Shown here: positions 1 through 8,400 of the stretch, piece after piece | How positions within the stretch are numbered: position 1 is the first letter of the stretch | How the letters are laid out: every line of letters begins with the position of its first letter | DNA from: an uncultured virus (IMG/VR IMGVR_UViG_3300027833_000038) | Taxonomy: Duplodnaviria; Heunggongvirae; Uroviricota; Caudoviricetes; Crassvirales | DNA length: 20,000 nucleotides | Reading direction: 5' to 3' (one strand) | Virus record (IMG/VR): IMGVR_UViG_3300027833_000038 | Position numbers and translations under genes: made by a program | The notes under the pieces: model-generated | Database searches by the model: none | Seen by the model: the letters and a program-made list of their open reading frames with translations, nothing else | Told to the model about the DNA's origin: nothing

Positions 1-440
1 CTCTGTGTAACAGAACTTTACTTTGTTCCCCTAGAAAAGGAATGAAAGACAAGCTGAATAGAGACGTAAAAAAAAGAGAGTCTTTTAGACCCTTTGCTCC
101 TGTGTGCAGAAAAGAAGACGCACACATTTGGTTTGAACACGGAGAATATACTGACTACATGAGTCACAATGCAACCGTACATAATGTTGTGGATGATATA
201 GCTTCTGTTATACATGAAGACTATACAGCAAGACTACAAACAGTAACTTCTGAATCTAATCCCTTCATGTACTTACTACTTACTAGAATGAAAGAGCTAG
301 GACACCCTCCTGTACTTATAAACACTTCGTTTAATTTAATGGGAAAACCAATTTTAAATAGCTGGAAAGAAGCATTTGAGCTAAGGGATGGTGGTGGAAT
401 TCACTCTATAACCGATGGAACAAATAGAATATTATCATGA
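1..440 (+). CDS. Carbamoyltransferase (NodU/CmcH/TobZ family), C-terminal domain; 5'-truncated by the window edge
   Basis: The frame is open from nt 3 (LCNRTLLCSPRKG-MKDKLN), so the ATG at 42 is internal. Motifs LCNRTLL (canonical ALGNRSIL), KRESFRPFAPV, TARLQTV and PVLINTSFNLMGKPI match the Carbam_trans_C domain. Confidence 0.9.
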   Translation, partial: LCNRTLLCSPRKGMKDKLNRDVKKRESFRPFAPVCRKEDAHIWFEHGEYTDYMSHNATVHNVVDDIASVIHEDYTARLQTVTSESNPFMYLLLTRMKELGHPPVLINTSFNLMGKPILNSWKEAFELRDGGGIHSITDGTNRILS

Positions 441-1291
441 AAAGAATATTTATAAGCATATCCTCATATAGGGACCCAGACCTTATTAATACAATAGACG
501 ATGCACTAATGAAAGCATCCATTCCCGAAAGAATTGGCTTTGGAGTTGTTTTTCAGGGAACTAGAAACGAGTTCTTAGAGTTCCTGCCAAAAACTAATAA
601 CAAATTAGTATATATAAAACACGTTGAGATTGAAGATTCAAAGGGAACAGGATGGGCTAGAAACCTCATAACTAAAACTATGTTAGAGACTGAAGACTAT
701 TTTCTTCAAATAGATTCCCACACTAGATTTAAAAAAAACTGGGATGTTGAACTAATATCTTTTTATGAATCAATCGGAGAAGAGTGTATGGTTTCTGCGT
801 ACCCTCCTCACTTTGGAAGAAATGAAACGTATGAAGTTTACTCAAAAAGAAACTTAAATAATCATGCTATAGTTGTAGGCTTTACAGAAATGTACTCATT
901 TAAAGACACTAAGGGTCGTATTCCAGAAGAAGACTATGAAGATTCTATAACTGCTGCTGGAGCTTTTCAGTTTTGCTCAAACGAGGTGGCTAAGTCATTG
1001 ACCTTTGAAGAATACTTTAATCCATGGATGGACCAAGAAATTTCTTCTTGCCTTGCATATATGGGTGGTTACAATATATATGCTCCTAAAGATGCTTTTG
1101 TTTGGCATTGTTATGCAGATAATCATATAGGTTCAGACGAAAAATGGAGACCTCTTATTGCTGATGACAGAATTATATCAGATTTTGACAGGTATCCTTT
1201 TGAAACAATAAAGACTTGGAAAAGAAATAGGTCTTTTGAAGATTGGAAAAATAGAGTTCAAGAGGATATTAATTTAATTAAAGATTGGTAA
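437..1291 (+). CDS. GT-A glycosyltransferase, GT60 / Skp1-hydroxyproline GlcNAc-transferase-like (Pfam GlcNAc)
   Basis: Motifs IFISISSYRDPDLINTI, GTGWARN, YFLQIDSHTRFKKNWD (DxH), SAYP, AGAFQF and VWHCY. ATGA overlap with the upstream gene. Confidence 0.8.
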   Translation: MKRIFISISSYRDPDLINTIDDALMKASIPERIGFGVVFQGTRNEFLEFLPKTNNKLVYIKHVEIEDSKGTGWARNLITKTMLETEDYFLQIDSHTRFKKNWDVELISFYESIGEECMVSAYPPHFGRNETYEVYSKRNLNNHAIVVGFTEMYSFKDTKGRIPEEDYEDSITAAGAFQFCSNEVAKSLTFEEYFNPWMDQEISSCLAYMGGYNIYAPKDAFVWHCYADNHIGSDEKWRPLIADDRIISDFDRYPFETIKTWKRNRSFEDWKNRVQEDINLIKDW

Positions 1292-2271
1292 TGATAAAAA
1301 CAGCTTTAGTATTAGGAGGAGGAGGATTTATAGGTTCTCATTTAGTTAAAAGATTAAAAGAAGAGGGCTACTTTGTTAGGGCAGTAGATTTAAAAAAACC
1401 CGAATTTTGGAAAAGTTATGCTGACGAATTTATTGTAGGAGACTTAAGAAATCCTCAAATAACTAATTCAGCATTTTCTCATTTAGAGGAAAAAACTTAT
1501 TTCGATGAAGTTTACCAACTTGCTGCTGACATGGGAGGAGCTGGATATTTATTTACAGGAGACAGTGATGCAGATATAATGCACAACTCTGGTTTGATAA
1601 ATCTAAACGTTCTTCATGCTGCTAATGAAAAAGGATGCGGAAAGCTTTTTTACGCAAGTAGTGCTTGTGTATATCCTGAGTACAATCAAATAGACCCCGA
1701 AAGCCCCAAGTGTACAGAAGACAGTGTTTATCCAGCAGAACCAGATTCTGAGTATGGATGGGAGAAACTGTTTAGTGAAAGAATGTACATGGCTTTTGCA
1801 AGAAACAAAGAAATAAACGTAAGAATAGCTAGATTTCACGGCATATTTGGTCCTTACGGAACTTGGAATGACGGAAAAGAAAAAGCTCCTGCTGCAATAT
1901 GCAGAAAAGTTGCAGAATCAAAAGACAGTATTGAAATCTGGGGAGACGGAGAACAGACTCGTTCTTTTATGTATATAGATGATGCTGTAGAAACAATTAG
2001 AAGATTTATGATGAACGATGACTTTCAAGGTCCAATGAACATAGGCTCTGAAGAGATGGTTACTATCAATCAATATGCGGACATGGTAATGTCTGTAGCT
2101 GATAAATATTTAGATATAGTTCATATAGAAGGACCCCAAGGAGTTAGAGGAAGAAACTCAGATAACACCTTAATGGAAGAGAAACTTGGATGGACTCCAG
2201 ACGGTTCTTTAATAGACGGAATACATAAAACTTATCAGTGGATTGAGAAGCAAGTGCAAAAAACGTCCTAA
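1291..2271 (+). CDS. GDP-mannose 3,5-epimerase-like NAD-dependent epimerase (extended SDR)
   Basis: GGGGFIG Rossmann motif, LAADMGG, SSACVYP (catalytic Cys), YGWEK (YxxxK), EKAPAAICRK (catalytic Lys), WGDGEQTRSF and GVRGRNSDN. The start is placed at ATG 1291 (TAATG overlap with the upstream stop) rather than TTG 1285. Confidence 0.9.
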   Translation: MIKTALVLGGGGFIGSHLVKRLKEEGYFVRAVDLKKPEFWKSYADEFIVGDLRNPQITNSAFSHLEEKTYFDEVYQLAADMGGAGYLFTGDSDADIMHNSGLINLNVLHAANEKGCGKLFYASSACVYPEYNQIDPESPKCTEDSVYPAEPDSEYGWEKLFSERMYMAFARNKEINVRIARFHGIFGPYGTWNDGKEKAPAAICRKVAESKDSIEIWGDGEQTRSFMYIDDAVETIRRFMMNDDFQGPMNIGSEEMVTINQYADMVMSVADKYLDIVHIEGPQGVRGRNSDNTLMEEKLGWTPDGSLIDGIHKTYQWIEKQVQKTS

Positions 2272-2280
2272 ATAATATTG

Positions 2281-2288
2281 TAAATTTG
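2281..2288 (+). promoter_or_regulatory. Bacteroidota sigma-A -7 element (TAaaTTTG), 4 nt before ATG 2293
   Basis: Exact TAnnTTTG in a 21-nt intergenic gap. No clear -33 TTG at the expected spacing. Confidence 0.5.
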
Positions 2289-2292
2289 CTGT

Positions 2293-3033
2293 ATGGCACA
2301 AAATAGCAATGAAACATTAGGGTTCAGTGAACTAAATAAAGGCTGGACATCATTTTATTCTTTTATTCCTGAAGAAATGGTTAATATTAAATCAGACTTC
2401 TTTACATTTAAGAACGGTAATGTGTACAAACACAACATAAAAGGCGCCAGCAGAAACACTTTTTATGGGCAAGTGTACCCTAGCATAATCGAAACTTTAA
2501 TAAATCAAGACCCAGAAACCGTAAAAAACTTTAGAACACTCAACTTAGAGGGTTCTTCTGGATTTTGGAGGGTAGAAATGACTACTGATTTAGATAAGGG
2601 TGGAGCAACTCACGCAGATTTTGAGGAAAGAGAAAGGTTATTTAAAGCTCACATAAGAACAGATAGAGACGATTCTTTAAATACAGACAGACTTACAGTT
2701 CAAGGATTAGGTACTTTAATATCTAGACAGGATACTAGTTTGTTTTTTAGGTTTATAGATAATGCTATTGAACAAGGGGATTTAGTTTACCAAATATATG
2801 CAGATAAATACGAGTTTCTTGGAGAGATAAAATCGGTTTTTGATAACTACATTTTACTTGATGGAATAAGAAAAGACGTGAAGCTAGGTCAATTTTGCTT
2901 TGTTAGCAAAGACCCTGTTATTGAAAGTTATGGATTAAAAGGATATTTTAGTAGTGTTGTATTAACTAGCTATGAGTCTACAGATATGGAGTTGTTTGCT
3001 GTTAGTACGGAAGTAACCCAAAGTAGTATTTAA
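2293..3033 (+). CDS. Virion structural protein resembling the C-terminal part of podophage tail stabilisation/nozzle proteins
   Basis: Pattern TLGFSE..KGWTSFYSFIPE..FFTFKNGNVYKHN..RNTFYG..KNFRTLNLEG and C-terminal GLKGYF..ELFAVSTEV, recognised from Bacteroidota podophage tail genes. Lies upstream of the GNAT and ejection genes. Confidence 0.6.
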   Translation: MAQNSNETLGFSELNKGWTSFYSFIPEEMVNIKSDFFTFKNGNVYKHNIKGASRNTFYGQVYPSIIETLINQDPETVKNFRTLNLEGSSGFWRVEMTTDLDKGGATHADFEERERLFKAHIRTDRDDSLNTDRLTVQGLGTLISRQDTSLFFRFIDNAIEQGDLVYQIYADKYEFLGEIKSVFDNYILLDGIRKDVKLGQFCFVSKDPVIESYGLKGYFSSVVLTSYESTDMELFAVSTEVTQSSI

Positions 3034-3042
3034 TAAAATTAA

Positions 3043-3462
3043 ATGAAATTAAAATTAAGAAGATTAGAGGAGTCTGATTACGACACCTTAGTTACTTGGT
3101 GGAAAGATTGGAAGTGGGAAGCCCCACCTAGAGACTTTTTACCAGAAAACGGAACTGGAGGCTTTATGGTCTCTAACAATGATAGTGATATTTGTGCAGG
3201 TTTTATATATCTTACAAATTCAAAAATTGCTTGGATTGAGTTTATAATTTCTGATAAGCAATACAAAGAAGAGGATAGGAATGAAGCTATTCAATTCTTA
3301 ATAAACAGTTTGTCTAGTGTAGCCGAAGAAACGGGTGCTAAATATGGATACGCTATTTTAAAAAATAAAAGTCTCATGAAGTATTATGAGGAAGCTAATT
3401 TTACAGTAACAAGTGATAAAAACACTGAAATGATAACAATATGGCAGCAGCAACAACAGTAG
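3043..3462 (+). CDS. GNAT-fold protein of the virion morphogenesis module
   Basis: LRRLEESDY N-terminus, ICAGFIYLT..AWIEFIISD and NKSLMKYYEEANF fit a GNAT topology. The position between tail and ejection genes is typical of podoviruses. Confidence 0.65.
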   Translation: MKLKLRRLEESDYDTLVTWWKDWKWEAPPRDFLPENGTGGFMVSNNDSDICAGFIYLTNSKIAWIEFIISDKQYKEEDRNEAIQFLINSLSSVAEETGAKYGYAILKNKSLMKYYEEANFTVTSDKNTEMITIWQQQQQ

Positions 3463-4019
3463 CTTTAGTAGGCGCAGGAGTAGGACTTTTAGCAGGAGGA
3501 GCGCAAGCAGTCTCTGGTGCAGTTCGTTCTAAAAGAGCAAAAAGAGATTTAGAAAATTACGAAAGACAAGAGGTTACCGACTTGGCAGACAACTTGCGTG
3601 TATCTACCCTAGGGGCAGAGCAGCAACAAGAAGGTCTTGCTCAAAGCGAGTCTACAGCAATAGAAGCCTTACAATCTTCTGGAGCTCGTGGAGTTATAGG
3701 GGGTGTTTCTAAAGTTCAGAAGAACAGAGCTCAAGCTGAACAAGGAATTGCAGCAGGATTAGACCAGCAAATGACTAATATACAGCAAATACAATATCAA
3801 GATAAGGTAAGACAGTTTAACACTACCGAAGGCAGACAAAACCAAGAAATAGCTGGAATGGCTGCTGAGATGCAGGCAGGAAGAGCTGCTGTACAGAACG
3901 GGCTAGGAACAATGGCTGGTGCTGTTACTTCTGGAGCTTCGTCTTATGCTTCAGCAGCAGGAGTTAAAGGAGCAGCCAAGCCGTTTACGGGAGGTAACAC
4001 ACTTTTTAAAGATTCATAA
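3441..4019 (+). CDS. Probable small ejection (internal virion) protein
   Basis: Gly/Ala-rich hydrophobic N-terminus, Gln/Ala-rich helical middle and Gly/Ala-rich C-terminus. First of three genes of increasing size, as in T7 gp14-16 and P22 gp7/20/16. Confidence 0.65.
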   Translation: MAAATTVALVGAGVGLLAGGAQAVSGAVRSKRAKRDLENYERQEVTDLADNLRVSTLGAEQQQEGLAQSESTAIEALQSSGARGVIGGVSKVQKNRAQAEQGIAAGLDQQMTNIQQIQYQDKVRQFNTTEGRQNQEIAGMAAEMQAGRAAVQNGLGTMAGAVTSGASSYASAAGVKGAAKPFTGGNTLFKDS

Positions 4020-4028
4020 ACAATAATT

Positions 4029-5453
4029 ATGGCAAAAGGAGCATACTATGCAGGAATGGCTACAGCGCCTCAAGTAAAGCCAGCGGATTTTTTAACTCCA
4101 CTGACAAACATGTTTGAGAGGCTTACCCAGCAAAGCATAAACAGGAGAAAAGAACAACAGGCTGCTGAAAAGGAAAACGCTAAGTTTTCTTTAAGTCAGC
4201 AAGGACGATTAGAGGATGTAGTTAATTCTACTAGCTTTAAAGGTTTTGGTATAGACCAGCTTGATATGGCTTCAAAGTCATACACTGGATATGTAGACGA
4301 GAATTTTAAAAAAGCAAACGCTGATTTCAATGCAGGTCTTATAAGTAAAAGCCAGTTAAGCTCTATTACTGCTAACCTAATGAACTCATCAAGGTCAGTT
4401 CAGAATTTAGGAAACAGTATTAATGGGTTTATGCAAACAAACTCAAAGCTTGAAATGGAGGGAAAGGATTCTCACTATAACGATTTAGTTATGAGTTTTA
4501 TAGGAGACCTAGGAAACAATGTAAGGTTTGACACAAATTCTTCTGGAGGCATTTCTTTAATTACAGTTGGAGAAGATGGCGTAGAAAAAAAACTTCCAGC
4601 AAATCAAATTAAAAACTTTCTACAACCTAGAGCAGCTACAGATATGGATGCAGTTTTAGAAGACATTGTTACACAATCAAAGCCAAATCAATATGATTTA
4701 GGTGGTTCTATAGGTTTTAGATATTTAGAAAATGGAAGCATAACTCAAAATCAATCAAACCAATTAACCAAAAGACTTTTAAATTTTTCTCCCGAAGAAA
4801 TATACGATGCATCTGTAAGAGCAGGAATAGTGGGAGACAATGAAGGTCAAATTAATGTGTTAACTGATTTTGCAAATGAAGGAGAAATAACAGAAGCAAA
4901 TCTCGATTCAATGAGACAAAGGCTTGGACTTTATGCTGCCGAAAGTTTAACTGAAAAATTCCAAAATGCAGAGTCTAATGTAGCTAAAAAGGTATCAGTT
5001 ACAAAGCCCACTTCTTATGCTAATTTTGATAACAATACAGGAACGTATTCTTACAAAAAAGGAGCACAAACTTCTGTTTTAATTCGGTCTGGATTTACAG
5101 GAAATGATATGGTAAATGATTCTCCTACGGGAAAGACAAACGATGTTCCTCCAAATTCTTATGTTTCTGACGTTAGACTAACTCCTTATGGTTTAGAAGT
5201 ATGGGGTGTTCAGATAGTAAACAAAAAAACTGGAAACATTATGGATTTAATGAATGCTTCTAGTCTTTCTGATTTAGAGGTAGAATCTGCTGGAGGAACT
5301 AGAAAAAACTTTCACAAAGTAATAGACCCTAATAGCAATGGAGTGGCTATTTCTCAATTACAAAGAGTATTTGGATTTAGCACCGATGACTATAAAAACA
5401 CCTTAGATTTAGATATTACAACAGCACCCCCTAAAGGGAAATACGACAAATAG
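4029..5453 (+). CDS. Probable middle ejection (internal virion) protein
   Basis: 474-aa ORF with a coiled-coil-like N-terminus (RRKEQQAAEKENAK) and no Cys. The call rests on synteny; no enzymatic motif recognised. Confidence 0.5.
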   Translation: MAKGAYYAGMATAPQVKPADFLTPLTNMFERLTQQSINRRKEQQAAEKENAKFSLSQQGRLEDVVNSTSFKGFGIDQLDMASKSYTGYVDENFKKANADFNAGLISKSQLSSITANLMNSSRSVQNLGNSINGFMQTNSKLEMEGKDSHYNDLVMSFIGDLGNNVRFDTNSSGGISLITVGEDGVEKKLPANQIKNFLQPRAATDMDAVLEDIVTQSKPNQYDLGGSIGFRYLENGSITQNQSNQLTKRLLNFSPEEIYDASVRAGIVGDNEGQINVLTDFANEGEITEANLDSMRQRLGLYAAESLTEKFQNAESNVAKKVSVTKPTSYANFDNNTGTYSYKKGAQTSVLIRSGFTGNDMVNDSPTGKTNDVPPNSYVSDVRLTPYGLEVWGVQIVNKKTGNIMDLMNASSLSDLEVESAGGTRKNFHKVIDPNSNGVAISQLQRVFGFSTDDYKNTLDLDITTAPPKGKYDK

Positions 5454-5454
5454 T

Positions 5455-8400
5455 ATGGATAATGTTGAAGAGTTATATAACGGTCTGATAGAAGACGGAA
5501 GTCTAACAGCAGAAAATACTTCTTTAGAAAAATTTAGAGTAGACTTACAAGATGAGGGGTATGCTGAAGAGCTATATAATGGACTTTATGACTCTAAGGA
5601 TTACACTTTAGATTACGGTAGTTTTGTTGAGACTTATTCTACACCAAAAAACATAGACCCTCTTGATACTAAAGCCGATACTGGAGATAAGCCTAATATA
5701 ATGTTGCAGGATTTCTCTTTATCTGATGAACTTTTTAATGATAGTGAGGAAGTTAAGTCTCAGTTTAGAACTTTTTATAACTGGCAAGGTAAACTTGAAG
5801 TTGAAGAGGATAAAGATGGTCAGTTTTTAAAAGGAGCCTTTGGCGAGTTTATCAACATGATGCCTATGGGCGATTGGATTGACGACCAAGCTAGAGCTTT
5901 TAGTTCTGGAAGGGAAGATGTTGATGTGCAGGAAACTGGAAATGAAATAATGAATCAGCATTTTGCAGGAAACAAAATAAGCGTTGACCAAGCAAACGAA
6001 ATGCTTAAACAGCTATATGAAAGTCAAAGTACTCCTCGCTCTCAGGAAGTTGAAAACTTTGAAAATATTTTGGTTGAAAATGGTATGGACGGTTTTGCTG
6101 CTGTAAAAGCTATATATGAAGAGCCTAGCGCTGCAATGGAATATGTTACTCGAAGCATATCATCCATGATTAACTGGGATAATGCTGGAGTTGCGGCAGC
6201 TACTATGGGCACTATGACTGCTGGAGGTGCAATGATAGGGGGTCCTGTTGGAGCTTTATCTGGATTTTTAACATCAATACCTGCTGCTATGGCTGCTGCT
6301 GGAGCCAATACCGATATGGGTATGTCTTACGCTAATTTTTTTGCAGAAGAACTTGGAGAAGACTATACTAGAGAAGATTTAAAAGCTCTTATAGAAGACC
6401 AAGACAGAATGGATAACATAGAGAACAAGGCGTTAGCTAGAGGTGTTTCGATTGCTGCTGTTTCAGCTTTTACAGCAGGCATAGGGGCTAATGTAGCTGC
6501 TAATGTTTTTAGAAACGGAAGAAGAGGTATTAGAGCAAGTGCAGAAGCTTTTGCTAGAGTAACTCCTTTATCTATGGCTGGCGGAGCTACTGGAGAAGCT
6601 TTAGCTCAAACTACTTCAGGTCAAGATTTTAGCGGAGCAGAGGTTGTTTTAGAGGGACTTTTAGACCCTATCGGAAGCATTGGAACTACTATAGGTGGTT
6701 TTGGACAAGCTATAGCTTCTGCACCATCTTACAAAATAAACGGAGGTGGTACTACAAAAGCAGAGTTCATTAGGAGATTTAATTCAATGACTGACGAGCA
6801 AGCTAAAAGAGCTTCGTTTGAAGTAAACAATGATGAGGACACTTTCAGCGTAATAGATGACAGGTTAGGTTCTTTAAAAGTTAGAGAAGAAATTAAAAAA
6901 GTCTATGGAGACATGGACGAAGAGCAAATAACAAGATTAAGTAGCTTAGAAGCAGAAAAGAAAAAAGTTTCAAAGCTTAATTCTGAGACAGCTAAAAAAA
7001 GAGCAGCAGAAATAAACCAGGAAATTGATGAGGTTGTAAACATTTATAAAACAAAAAGAGATGTTATTGGTGTTTTATCTGCTCCTTATTATGATTTAAA
7101 TATAACGAGTGTTGAGGATGCTCAATCTAAAAGAAAAACTAAAGAATACAAGTCATACATAAACAAGGCTAAAAGATTAGCTGAAACAATGAACCTAACG
7201 GTTTCAGATGTAAACGATGGCATTGGAGGTTACTTCCTAGATGATGGAACCTATCTTCAGGAATTATCTTCAGAGGTTTATTTAGAAGGCGCTACCTATG
7301 AGCAAGCTATCGAATATGCTTCTATTTTAGGAGCTATAACTCCTGAAACTCAAGAAAGCACTATAGCAGGTATGATAGTGGGTCCTGGAGAGGGAGATGC
7401 AGGTAAATTTACTTTTGCAATAGAAGATAATAGTGTACTAGAAGACGTTAGAAGTGCTCTTGATGAGCTTAAAATTGAGTATTCAATGAATACTGATACA
7501 GGGGAGATAGGAATTATTGACTTTTCTAATGGAGATGATGTTGAACTTAACGAAAAACTTGGTATCTTTGTAGAGGTACTGGAAAAAAACCAAATAAATC
7601 ATGAGCAAAAATCTGAGAGAATCCGTTCAAAGTATATTGGCGCAAAAGACAGGGCTGACAACTTACAACAAATTAAAGAATCTTCCGATAAGTACGGAAA
7701 GAATGGGGAAAGCATTCGTTACATCGCCGAAAAAGCAGAGCAAAGGAACGAAGAATACTTAGGAAATAAGACTCCTCCTCCTCCTGAAGAAACTCCAAGC
7801 CTAGAGCCAGTAGTTGTAAGAACTAATGTCAGAAAAATATATGACGCTTTAGGACAAAAGAAAGCCATCAAAAAAGTAAGAAGGTTTTTCTTAGAAACTT
7901 TTTATAGCGGTGGCGGATTAGATTCTAAATCCGAAGAAATAATAAGAGCCTTTAGAAGAAAAGGAACTGCAACGCAAAATTTCTTAAAAACAGAGTCAGC
8001 TATATTTGAGGCTCAATTTGAGTTGGACACAAAAAAAATGTCTACTTCAGATGCTATGCTTTACAAGACAGCAATAAACGACTATCTATCAGGAAAAACA
8101 GACATTGAACTTTCTCCAGAAATGAAACCAGTTCTTGATGAGATGCGTTCACAGATTGACCAAAGAACAAACATACTGTTAGGATTGCTAAAGGAAAAGG
8201 GTAGACCTGGACCTGAGCTTGACCAGTTAATAGAAACTTTAGAAAACAACAAAGGTTCTTATTTACATAGAGCATATTCTGCTTTTAAAGATTTAAGCTA
8301 CATGGAAGAGCTTCTTTCTGACCCATCAATGGCTCGTTCTGAAATAAATGAAACTTATGATTTGCTAGTTGCTGAGACAGCAATGGACCAAGGAATTACT

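Noticed and set aside
5619..5626. Other intragenic TAnnTTTG matches (5619-5626, 8001-8008)
   Set aside because: Such matches are expected by chance in AT-rich DNA, and no accompanying leader or nested ORF was noticed.
6042..6308. Antisense ORFs in the track (also 18-215, 1603-1839, 3078-3266, 8054-8275, 10233-10427, 11602-11805, 12951-13178, 13463-13992, 16437-16643, 17016-17219, 18428-18932)
   Set aside because: They are shadows of well-supported genes on the opposite strand, with no motifs or initiation signals.
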